Part shown: positions 50,775 through 60,300 of the stretch, in pieces
Position numbering within the stretch: the stretch's first letter is position 1
How the letters are laid out: the number at the start of each line of letters is the position of its first letter
Notes under the pieces: generated by a model
The model's input: the letters and a program-made list of their open reading frames with translations, nothing else
Told to the model about the DNA's origin: nothing
The model's database searches: none
IMG/VR virus record: IMGVR_UViG_3300028888_000001
Reading direction: 5' to 3' (one strand)
DNA from: a virus
Lineage: Duplodnaviria > Caudoviricetes
DNA: 64,000 nucleotides
Program-made: the position numbers and the translations under genes

Positions 50775-50816
50775 AAATTTAAAGCCATTAAGCGTTAACC
50801 TAATGGCTTTAAATTT
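50775..50816 (-). terminator. Hairpin/terminator
   Basis: aaatttaaagccatta-N10-taatggctttaaattt with a T tail on the minus strand. Confidence 0.65.
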
Positions 50817-51151
50817 CACATGTCGATTACGGTAGGCGATTGAACTTTGGCTTTGTTAGCGTATTGCTCTAGCTCGCACATACACGAGCTGTTAGCTCCA
50901 GTCCACTCGAAATATATTCGTGCCGCATCGCTCTGATTTTTGGCAACCACCGCAAGCGGGTTTTTATAGATCATCTTCCCATATCTCGGTTCTTCTTCGC
51001 ACATCAAATATATGGCTCTCTTCTTAAGCATATACTTGTCCTGCTCATCCATAATACCATACAGAAAGTCGTTGCCGTAATCAACAATCTCGGAGTTAAT
51101 CATTTGCATCATTTGCTCATTAGGCTTATAAATAAACCTAATAGTTTTCAT
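50816..51151 (-). CDS. Hypothetical protein
   Basis: GAGGAGG RBS. Confidence 0.75.
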   Translation of the reverse strand: MKTIRFIYKPNEQMMQMINSEIVDYGNDFLYGIMDEQDKYMLKKRAIYLMCEEEPRYGKMIYKNPLAVVAKNQSDAARIYFEWTGANSSCMCELEQYANKAKVQSPTVIDM

Positions 51152-51166
51152 AAACTTTTCCTCCTC

Positions 51167-52246
51167 TTAAAGATTGATAAGATCCAGAGGGTTATCAATA
51201 AAGTACTGATTATTTATATTCTTAACCGTCTCTGGATCTCTCAAATCTATTTTCCATGTGAAATCTTTATGTTCAACTTGATTCTGATATATCAGGCTTT
51301 GATATACTAGATCAAGTGTATAGAATCTATACCTAAACGAATGTCTATCTATAATCGTATGAAGATTAAGCAGACTATCGTATATCATATTATTATACGT
51401 CATGTACCTATTCAAAATCTGATTCTGATTTATAGCATCTGATATCATCTTGGCTGCTCTATTGAGATTCACTAGCTGATGCATATGTTTCTCCGGCAGT
51501 CCATTAAGAGCCCATAATAAAGAAATAAGCTGCGGGCTTATCCCAGTCAAATCAGTTTTGTTTTTCATGTAGCACATGCATAACGCATTCTGTCTAGTTA
51601 CAAGATATGACGTATCCATTACGGTGTTGGTATTCATATCAAACGACTTTTTAGGTCGTATTAAAACTGCATTTTCAGTAAATGGTGGTATTTGAAAAGC
51701 ATATTTGCTTTTTGTGATTATTATAGACAGCCTGTTTTTATTTGCACAAATACTGTCATAAGTAAACGAGCTAAAATCACATCGCTTATGAACGAAATAA
51801 AGTTCATTTATATAAGCGCATAATATCTTTACCAGCTCAAGCTGGCTTGAGATAAACTTATCAGTCTCTGTGTGTTTTACATTATTTATATCTGGTTGTT
51901 CATCGCCAAAATTGTTATAAAACTGTCGATGGTTAAGGCTAGAATCTTCTCCATATACTAGAAATATTCTAGCCCATGTTTTATGTCTGCTTCTATAATA
52001 TCCCCTAATATGCGCTGCAAGATTGATAATTGCAGCGCAAATAGAGAATCTCTTGTTACTGAAAACATCTGCTTCATATAGCTTCTTCAGCATATTTTTC
52101 AAATCTATGTAAACATCCACCTCAGTATTGTTAACTAGGTTAGATGGTAATAAGGAATTGATTTCTAAGAGTTTATCGTATCTGACATAATATGCTCCTA
52201 GAACTTGAGACACATCAAGTTGTTGTTGTTTTCCTTGAAGGCTCAT
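51167..52246 (-). CDS. 5'-3' exonuclease/FEN (PIN)-like protein, degenerate
   Basis: VYIDLKNML, IFLVYG and H3TH-like LWALNGL...; several expected acidic residues are missing. Confidence 0.45.
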   Translation of the reverse strand: MSLQGKQQQLDVSQVLGAYYVRYDKLLEINSLLPSNLVNNTEVDVYIDLKNMLKKLYEADVFSNKRFSICAAIINLAAHIRGYYRSRHKTWARIFLVYGEDSSLNHRQFYNNFGDEQPDINNVKHTETDKFISSQLELVKILCAYINELYFVHKRCDFSSFTYDSICANKNRLSIIITKSKYAFQIPPFTENAVLIRPKKSFDMNTNTVMDTSYLVTRQNALCMCYMKNKTDLTGISPQLISLLWALNGLPEKHMHQLVNLNRAAKMISDAINQNQILNRYMTYNNMIYDSLLNLHTIIDRHSFRYRFYTLDLVYQSLIYQNQVEHKDFTWKIDLRDPETVKNINNQYFIDNPLDLINL

Positions 52247-52400
52247 GGTAATATTCTCCTTTATCTTTGGTATTGTTATATCGCTGCGCTATTTCGGTCA
52301 TATATCTAGATTCTCCAACCGGATCTAGATGTAAGCCTAGTTTAGTATCTAAATAACTATATTGCTCCATAATCTTTTTCTTAATCATATCGTTGCGCAT
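52215..52400 (-). CDS. Small hypothetical protein
   Basis: GGGAGG RBS; operonic. Confidence 0.6.
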   Translation of the reverse strand: MRNDMIKKKIMEQYSYLDTKLGLHLDPVGESRYMTEIAQRYNNTKDKGEYYHEPSRKTTTT

Positions 52401-52435
52401 GGCGTGCCTCCCATATTTCCCCCTAAGACGTATAA

Positions 52436-52831
52436 TTATTCGTCTAAACTTAATAGCTGTTTAGGATCGTAATAGTCTTCACTACCATCGTCCTCTTCAT
52501 AATCATCCTCTAGCATCTCTTGCTTGAAATTGTCTCTATGTCGCAAAGCGTTGACAATTCTTTTGGTATCTCCGTAGCCCTGTTCTACAAGAACTCCGGT
52601 TAATTCATCTGCGCCTTTATCAGAGATGGTACAGCCTTTCATCATATGCTCTTCTCCGTCGCTATAACTATACTTGCGAAGATCTAACTTATAAGGCTTA
52701 CCATCTCCCTCAACTGAATTCCAAGCTATTTTCCTCAGATTCAAGGAATTGCTACCAGATTCTTCGATGACAAAATCGAAATCAGGCATTGTCCTATAGT
52801 TAAAGGTTTTTCTTTCTTTTTGCTGTTGCAT
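52436..52831 (-). CDS. PC4-like (YdbC-type) ssDNA-binding protein
   Basis: LNLRKIAWN...KLDLRKY...EHMMKGCTIS plus an acidic C-terminal tail. Confidence 0.75.
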   Translation of the reverse strand: MQQQKERKTFNYRTMPDFDFVIEESGSNSLNLRKIAWNSVEGDGKPYKLDLRKYSYSDGEEHMMKGCTISDKGADELTGVLVEQGYGDTKRIVNALRHRDNFKQEMLEDDYEEDDGSEDYYDPKQLLSLDE

Positions 52832-52889
52832 TACATAAGTCCTCCTTAAACATATTTACTATATCGTACATAAATATGTAATAGTTTAC

Positions 52890-53537
52890 TTATGCTACCC
52901 GGGCAAATCTCCCGGGCTCAAATCTTTCAGGGATAGTGAAATTCTCATAGTATATCAGAAGCTGACCGTCCTCTACATTAAATGCTCTGACCTGCCTAAT
53001 TTTGTTTAAGCGTGTATCATAGACATCAATTCTGCCTTTATAATATCTCTTGGCTGCATAATCAACAAGATCTTGCGGGTTTTTAAAGTACTGTCTTCTG
53101 TCTTTCATAGAGATCACCTTATCTGAATATTTTGGATCTAATATTGAATAGTTTCTTTTATTTCTTTCTGCAGCTAGACTTTTTTCTGCTTCTGCAAGAA
53201 TATTGTCTATCTCTTCATCAGTCATATCATCGAAATCATCTTCTGCATCTTTTATAGATAATAATCCGTCTTCATCTTCATCAAAGTCATAAATGTCTTC
53301 TCCGATAAATAGATTACTAGCTAACTTTTTAAGAATTCCTTCTTTGTTTTTCTTTTTAGCTACTTTGGATTTCTCAATGTTTTTTCTTGGTTTCTTTTTA
53401 TTCTTTGTAGTAGCATCTTCGTGTTCCTGGATTTTCTTGTTCACCATATAACTACAATATGAAATTGTTGCTATGGTGAAAGAAACGTTGAATATCACCG
53501 CAATAAAAGCTACAATTATGAGATCTGCTGCTACCAT
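52890..53537 (-). CDS. Membrane-anchored hypothetical protein
   Basis: N-terminal TM helix, then a basic tract and an acidic tract. Confidence 0.7.
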   Translation of the reverse strand: MVAADLIIVAFIAVIFNVSFTIATISYCSYMVNKKIQEHEDATTKNKKKPRKNIEKSKVAKKKNKEGILKKLASNLFIGEDIYDFDEDEDGLLSIKDAEDDFDDMTDEEIDNILAEAEKSLAAERNKRNYSILDPKYSDKVISMKDRRQYFKNPQDLVDYAAKRYYKGRIDVYDTRLNKIRQVRAFNVEDGQLLIYYENFTIPERFEPGRFARVA

Positions 53538-53568
53538 AATTAAACCTCCAATTAAAAATTAAAAACAA

Positions 53569-53594
53569 AGACGGAGGCTTGATAGCCTCCGTCT
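53569..53594 (-). terminator. Intrinsic terminator
   Basis: agacggaggct stem with a T tail on the minus strand. Confidence 0.8.
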
Positions 53595-53617
53595 CTTTTA
53601 ACAGCGTCTTATAATCT

Positions 53618-54466
53618 TTAATAATAGATAAACCCGTTCGCAAGCTGCATCTGCGGATTATCAGCAATCGCAAATTCAGCAACAGCTTTGGAATCAAACT
53701 GCTCGATATTCATCACAAATACATTGGAGTTAACCCACTTGACAAAGCGGGCCTCATACATGCATGCTGCTGTAAAATTCTCAGCATCATATCCGTCTGA
53801 AGTCTTGATTGTCTTGGTATACGTGATCATGTTCTCATCGAAGATCTTCTTCAAGATCAGACGAATATCGAAACAGCCATATACTCTGATCCAGAGTTCC
53901 CCAGCGCCAGGACGATACTGAGAATCACGTGCCGGAATCCATCTGCTCATGCAGCACTGCTTCCACTTGTTACTGTGCGGGTTATTGGACTTCTCGCCCT
54001 TCCCACCATACATGATTTCACTAAGCAGAACTTTAGTGTCATCATTAATTGTATAGATATTTCCAGACATCTTGTTCTGGAGCGCTTTGTTTTTCTGATA
54101 AATATTGGCTTCTTTGCCTACCTTGGTAAGATCATCGATATTTGTGATCTTTCCTTCTGGGCATTCAGCCATATTCTTTGTGAAATAGAAGTCCACGTTG
54201 AATGGGCTCTTCATTCCGGGCTGATACGCAATATACACGCCCCTAAGGTCGTGGAAAATCTTTTGGTAATACTCTCTGATGATAATGCTGAGCTGCTGGT
54301 TTGTCAGCCTCATGATATTACCAAACGATCTAAACGTATACGGGCTAAACTTTGCTGTTGCCTTGTTACTCAAGCGATCATAGATCACAAGGTCCTTGAG
54401 TGGGTTTCCATTACTGTCAACCCTAACGTCTACTACATTGTTAACTTTTGCTGCTACATCTGCCAT
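53618..54466 (-). CDS. Monocistronic early protein of unknown function
   Basis: AGGAGG RBS; early motif at 54536-54545; own terminator; C-rich third codon positions. Confidence 0.8.
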   Translation of the reverse strand: MADVAAKVNNVVDVRVDSNGNPLKDLVIYDRLSNKATAKFSPYTFRSFGNIMRLTNQQLSIIIREYYQKIFHDLRGVYIAYQPGMKSPFNVDFYFTKNMAECPEGKITNIDDLTKVGKEANIYQKNKALQNKMSGNIYTINDDTKVLLSEIMYGGKGEKSNNPHSNKWKQCCMSRWIPARDSQYRPGAGELWIRVYGCFDIRLILKKIFDENMITYTKTIKTSDGYDAENFTAACMYEARFVKWVNSNVFVMNIEQFDSKAVAEFAIADNPQMQLANGFIYY

Positions 54467-54591
54467 ATCGCAGTCCTCCTAAAAGTATATATTATATAAA
54501 GAGAAGCCATAAATGACTTCTCCTCATACACGTTTATAATATATAACCAAATTAGATTTTGGTTTATTATTTTGTACAGTTATTTTTATTT

Positions 54592-55089
54592 TTATACATT
54601 TTTATATTTAGACCAGAACTCAAGCGTATCATAGCTGTTATCTGTACCACTAGTTCTATTTTTGATTTTTTGTTCATCCCACTTTGCATCGTATTTTCTA
54701 GCAACTGCAGGATATAAGTGTGGTGATGGGAATGCTTCAGGAAACGCTTCAGCAAAATCAGTCGGTTTAATAATATATCCGACTGGAATCTTGCCATCGT
54801 TGTTGTTTAAAACAACATCCAGAATGTCAACCATAAACATCTGAATCTGTGCCGGTGTTTCTGCACACGATGCAAGCAAAACCAGCATATAATCTGGCAA
54901 TACTACATTTACGCCGCCCCATTCGAGTTTCTTTGTTAATACCTTAATAAGAAAATCATCATTAATTTCTTTGAAGTTATCATCTTTTGGATTGTATCCG
55001 GCTTTAGAAGATGCAATACTCCATCTGACAAATAATTTGGTTAAACTCTGCTCAAATTCAAGATCGTCTTCGCTCATCATTGTTTTCAT
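54592..55089 (-). CDS. Hypothetical protein
   Basis: AGGAG RBS. Confidence 0.75.
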   Translation of the reverse strand: MKTMMSEDDLEFEQSLTKLFVRWSIASSKAGYNPKDDNFKEINDDFLIKVLTKKLEWGGVNVVLPDYMLVLLASCAETPAQIQMFMVDILDVVLNNNDGKIPVGYIIKPTDFAEAFPEAFPSPHLYPAVARKYDAKWDEQKIKNRTSGTDNSYDTLEFWSKYKNV

Positions 55090-55110
55090 TCTCCTTTAAT
55101 TATAGATATA

Positions 55111-56061
55111 TTAATTAGATACTTTCATTGCCCTAGCGATATCATCATCTACTGGGTAGTCTGCAGTTACGTTATATGTAATGAGATAGATCTTCTCATT
55201 CATATCTGAAACCATAATGTGTGAGTACGATACTATACTCCTAATATCGAGATCGTAATCATACTCAATAATCTTGATATTGTCGATATGCTTTCTTAAG
55301 ATATCTTCTAATCTAGCTTTCTGTTTGCTATTAAGAATGATATCATCATTAGCATCAAAAGATTCTTTACCTAGCACTATAGGAAAGTCTATTGGTACAA
55401 TACCAAATATGCTTCTATATGCATCCATAAAGCTATTCTCTTTAAGGAATTGCTCAAGAGACTCGCAATAGCCGTGTACGACATTAGAATTTTTCGACGA
55501 TAAGCCTTTAAAAACATCATCGAAAATTTTTGTCATATTGCCAACTAGCTTCATGATGTCATTTAATGTGTCATCACAATATAGATAAATGAGCATATCC
55601 GCTTCAACGTGATCAAACTCATATAGATCAGTCAAGCTCATATCAGGATCTATTAATGTATCTTTGGTTAAGCACTCACCCACAAAGACAACATTAAAAA
55701 ATCTATCTCCTACAAACATATTTTTAGCCTGAGATAGAGTATCTTGTCTCATAATTATAGCAAGTGAATCATCTAACTTCTCTGGATTTAAGCTATCTGT
55801 CCTGAATACTCTCACATACATATCATCATCGCCATTTTCATATTTAGTCCACATGATATGCAGTAAAGCATCGGGCTGAATCTCTACCATTGACTCGTTA
55901 ATTTCTTGCATTGTTTTTGTAAATATTTCTGTAGTGCCACATTTACAAAACGAAGCTGAATTTTCATTCTTAGCTCTCATCAATCTATATAGCGTTTTAT
56001 CATTATCGCTAAACTGCTCATAGATTTGATACTTACAACCGATTTTAAATTTACTTTTCAT
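55111..56061 (-). CDS. Hypothetical protein
   Basis: GGAGG RBS. Confidence 0.8.
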   Translation of the reverse strand: MKSKFKIGCKYQIYEQFSDNDKTLYRLMRAKNENSASFCKCGTTEIFTKTMQEINESMVEIQPDALLHIMWTKYENGDDDMYVRVFRTDSLNPEKLDDSLAIIMRQDTLSQAKNMFVGDRFFNVVFVGECLTKDTLIDPDMSLTDLYEFDHVEADMLIYLYCDDTLNDIMKLVGNMTKIFDDVFKGLSSKNSNVVHGYCESLEQFLKENSFMDAYRSIFGIVPIDFPIVLGKESFDANDDIILNSKQKARLEDILRKHIDNIKIIEYDYDLDIRSIVSYSHIMVSDMNEKIYLITYNVTADYPVDDDIARAMKVSN

Positions 56062-56140
56062 GATTATCCTCCATAAATTTTATTTATTATAATATTAAAT
56101 TAGATTTAATATTTAATAAACTTTTAAGATGACTAAAAAT

Positions 56141-56166
56141 CCACACTGGGGCTGATCCCAGTGTGG
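56141..56166 (-). terminator. Intrinsic terminator (variant of the GGGA..TCCC family)
   Basis: ccacactggg-N6-cccagtgtgg with attttt on the minus strand. Confidence 0.75.
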
Positions 56167-56172
56167 TGATTT

Positions 56173-57243
56173 TCACTCTATTAATATAGCTGCTTTAAAA
56201 TAAATATCATTAGTATCTATATCAGCTTCAGACAGATACGGATTATTAGCCATGTGTCTACAATAGTTATTTATGATACTACTATCTAGCTGCTGTTCTT
56301 GAGATTTAATCTTATAAATTATAGCTCTATTATGCAACTGATAGGTTTCATATATTGCAGAAACAACCTGAAACACTTTATAGTTAGCTGGGAATGTGAA
56401 AATGCCATCTTCATAAAGTGAAGTGAAATAGCCGTTCTCATTCTCTAGCATTAGAATATGGTTTCTAAGATTTCCAGTAACAAATATAGCGTAAATATTT
56501 GAATTGGCGTCCTCATCTAGTATTTTTGAATTGAGCTTAGTACCGTTTTCACTAACGCAAATATATAACGGAAAATATTCTGAATCTATATGAGCTTCAT
56601 TTAACGCATGTGGCGTATTTTTATATTGCTCAAATGTCTTAAAGTCATCATATTTATTTATTATGTCGCAGAAAGAATTCATCTCTTGTGTATAAATTCT
56701 TTCTATTCTATTTTTCGCTTTTTCTATATTGGACTCAGTCATTTCAACCTCTGGATTCCAACCTAAAGAAATAAGCTGAGTCTTAATATCATTTATCTCA
56801 TCTGGGTCTTCAGTGTCTCTTAATTTCAATTCAAGTTCTTTAATTTCTGTTCCATAATTAAAAGAATCTGCTTTGCATGAATCTGAGTGGTCGATACCAG
56901 TAGTATAATGCTCATTATAAATTAGAGCTGCTGGCATTTCTGTTATGGTAAAGTACGGGCAGTAGATATATTCCCATTTAAACGTGTTTTCTAATTTACG
57001 TCTTTCAGATAATTCTCTATTGATTTCATTTATAGCATATTTAGTATCTCTATATTCAGCAGCCGATTCTATCTCTGAAGAATAGTACCGCTCTAATACA
57101 GTTCTATTAAATACTAAATTAGATTCTGATAGTTGTGTAATTCGTTCCTTTGCTTGATAAATCTTGCCTGGGAATCTATTGAACCCTTCAAGCATAGTTG
57201 ATTCAGCAAATTGTTGTATTTTTTCTTCTAATTTTTTATCCAT
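56173..57243 (-). CDS. Probable head-packaged protein (start revised to MDKKLEE)
   Basis: GGAGG RBS precedes the ATG at 57243, whereas the track start (57291) lies inside a hairpin. Many x-x-E-(S/A) sites; LGWNP motif. Confidence 0.6.
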   Translation of the reverse strand: MDKKLEEKIQQFAESTMLEGFNRFPGKIYQAKERITQLSESNLVFNRTVLERYYSSEIESAAEYRDTKYAINEINRELSERRKLENTFKWEYIYCPYFTITEMPAALIYNEHYTTGIDHSDSCKADSFNYGTEIKELELKLRDTEDPDEINDIKTQLISLGWNPEVEMTESNIEKAKNRIERIYTQEMNSFCDIINKYDDFKTFEQYKNTPHALNEAHIDSEYFPLYICVSENGTKLNSKILDEDANSNIYAIFVTGNLRNHILMLENENGYFTSLYEDGIFTFPANYKVFQVVSAIYETYQLHNRAIIYKIKSQEQQLDSSIINNYCRHMANNPYLSEADIDTNDIYFKAAILIE

Positions 57244-57263
57244 CAATTGCCTCCAATCTTTAA

Positions 57264-57295
57264 AATTATGAGAGGTATTGCTACCTCTCATAATT
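57264..57295 (-). terminator. 14-bp hairpin with GCAA loop between two late genes
   Basis: aattatgagaggta-gcaa-tacctctcataatt. Confidence 0.65.
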
Positions 57296-57310
57296 ATTAT
57301 ATATAATCAA

Positions 57311-60300
57311 TTAAATTATTGCTCTTATCATGTCTTCAGTTAGCATACTAGAAGAAGAAACAGATATAGATCTCTTACCGGTTAGATTATTATAGAAATA
57401 ATTACCGTCAAAGTCTTCTTTAATAGAAATAATTTCTTCTCCATTTAGTCTATATTTATTAACAAACTTAGGCTTTTTAGTTATAGCACTTTCAATAAAA
57501 GCAGCTCTAAAAGTTTTATATCCAAGACAATCTATAATGCTGTCTCTTAACGTTACCATCTCAGACATCACTTTCTGCTCAATCAAATTAAATTCAATCT
57601 TCCTGAAGTTTGGATCAAACTCAATCTGGTCTTCTGTAAGCATAAGCTTATCTGTTAATGCTGTGTATATATTAAATACTTTTGAGCCTTCTTTATAGTA
57701 TCTGTTGAGTCTATCTATATAAGCATAGTTACCTATAAACTCATAAGCCTCTATGATATTAAGATCTTTGGTTGGCTCTGTTTTAAGAGCACCATCGTCA
57801 TCTACAACCAAGCATCTATCTAAATTCATATCATTAGTATATACATAATGATCGCTAAGTAATTTTTCAGGATGTCTTGGATCACCAACTTTAATTAAAA
57901 ATGGTTTATGAATTCCTATAACTGGATTTATTGAAGCAAGAGAATTTTCTTTTAATTTTATAGAAGAATATAAAATATTATTCTCAAGCTTTAATGGATA
58001 TTGAACTGCCCATTCATATGCTCCAGATTCAGTAACATTAATTACACCAACCGGAACAAGCTTAGGCGGTGTCTTAGGTTCTGTAAATGCTCTAGCGTTA
58101 GTAAACACATACTCTGTGATTTCTAACGTATCATCATTAAACATAGTTCTTTCAATCATGCATCTAATACAATCATCTATGGATTTATAATATAGCTCTT
58201 CGTCCACTTCATTCGGATATTTCTTTTCAGAGATATACCACCATGTGATAGCACTTATAGGAACAGATTTAAATCCCTCATCATTTACAGCAATGAGAAT
58301 ATTATCATCAGCATTTTCAGGTATGCTTATTTGATTACCAAATATAATATTTGGAGTCTCTTCTTTATCGAACCTATAAGCATTTAAACCTACAGAAATT
58401 GCAGCTTCTACATTTTCTTGTTTATCATCAAAGAATATTGCTCTTGATGGATCAATCTCATATTTATTTAAAAATATAGTATACATTTCTCTATTTGGTT
58501 TTTGAATTTCTCCAAGCTCAAATGAGAAAACTCCTCCATCAAATTTATCAAGTAAAGGTCTAAAGAATGGCTCCTCAACCTCAAATGAGAACTTAGTCCA
58601 ATTTGATAGATAATATAGCTTATAACCTTTAGATCTAAGCATGTCAAGCATATCATATACGTAAGGATATACATACATAGCTTCTCTAAATGTGGCTAAG
58701 ATACTGTCTACATATGGTTTAATATGGTCAGGAGCAACATCATTTAATTTTACTCTAATTTGTTGTAAATTAAGCTGTTGCGTTTCTGAGCTATTGGCGC
58801 TATAGAAGCATTCTTTATCTATAAGGTCTTTAATCTCTTCACATAATTCATTTGGTATATCTGGATTATCGATTAAGGCTTTTAAACTATGCGCATCCAC
58901 AAGCACATTGCCCATATCGAATATTATAGTATCAACAGAATCTGGAATGATACTAATAATAGCGCCCTCAGATAAATACTTATAACACTGAGTTGTTTCT
59001 GGTATTTTAATATCATATTTCTTGGCTGCCGCTTTGATTCTCTTAGCTAAGCGTTTCTTCTTATCTTCTTGAGCATGACCAAAAAGATGTATAGCTGATT
59101 TAACATGCTTAGCTGAATCTAATGGAAATTTTCTATCTTCCGGAATTCCAAAAGCTGAATCTGGCAACTCTGAACGCTTAGTTTCTAATATGGCAGATTC
59201 TTCTTTAAGCATTAAATCAACAAAGTATTTTCTAAATTTCTTTAATTTAGATTCTCCCTTAAACCACATTCCTGGATCAAGAAATTCTGGTTGCTTATCT
59301 CTCTTGCAAGCTCTATAAAGAGAAACGACCATAGAAGTTCCCTTAATATATACAGCATAATTTTTAAGATCTTCAGGTTTAAGGAATAAATAAATCCAAA
59401 TTCCTTCAAGAACAAATTTAGTGTTTTTATGCTTCTTAGCATACTCTATAGTATAATTAACAAAATCATTTATTAACGATTCTTCATAATTAATAGTCTT
59501 AAATTCTTTTGAATCATTTAATTCGTCTGCAGTGAGATAGTATTTCTTATATTTTGGTTCTGTAAAGAAATTAGACACAAGTGGGCCAAATTCATTTTTA
59601 AAATCTTCTATAGTATGATATTCTTTATTCCAGATGATATCATCAAGTTCAACCACTACAGCTTTATTATTATATTTTCTACCCATAGTAGATTTACCAG
59701 AACCAGATTGTCCTGTAATAAAGCATATATTAGTCAAACCTTTATCGAATTTTTCTTTATTATAATAAATATCATCTTTATTAAAGATATAACCTTCAGA
59801 TACATTATTAGAAGCTTCCAAATATAACGCTGCTTCATCAGATTGTGTTTTTTCTTGAATTATATCATTTACTTGCTCAAGCTTAATAGTTTTATTATCC
59901 TCGACATTTTTAAGAATATAATTCGATGAGCCCATACCGAGCCATTTCATATACTCGATCTGATGTGTGCCACCAAGCTTAGAAATTTGCTCCATTAAAT
60001 CTTTATTTCCAGGAGCATTTCTAATAAAATCTAATGACGCTTGTTCTATGGCAAGAATATCCGTAGATACTAAAACGCCTATATTGGGAATAGTACTTTT
60101 AGGAGCATCTTTATCACAGTCGCACATTGTAGATAGATTTTGTAATACGTTTACATAAACTATTCTATTGTCAAACATCGATTCTATAGCAGAAGCAGAT
60201 TCTACTAAACGCTCTAAGAATAATGGGCCTCGAATCCAATCTTCACCATGAATTTGAATTTTTCCTTTAGCGCCTGTAGGAATACCCATTCCGATATTCT

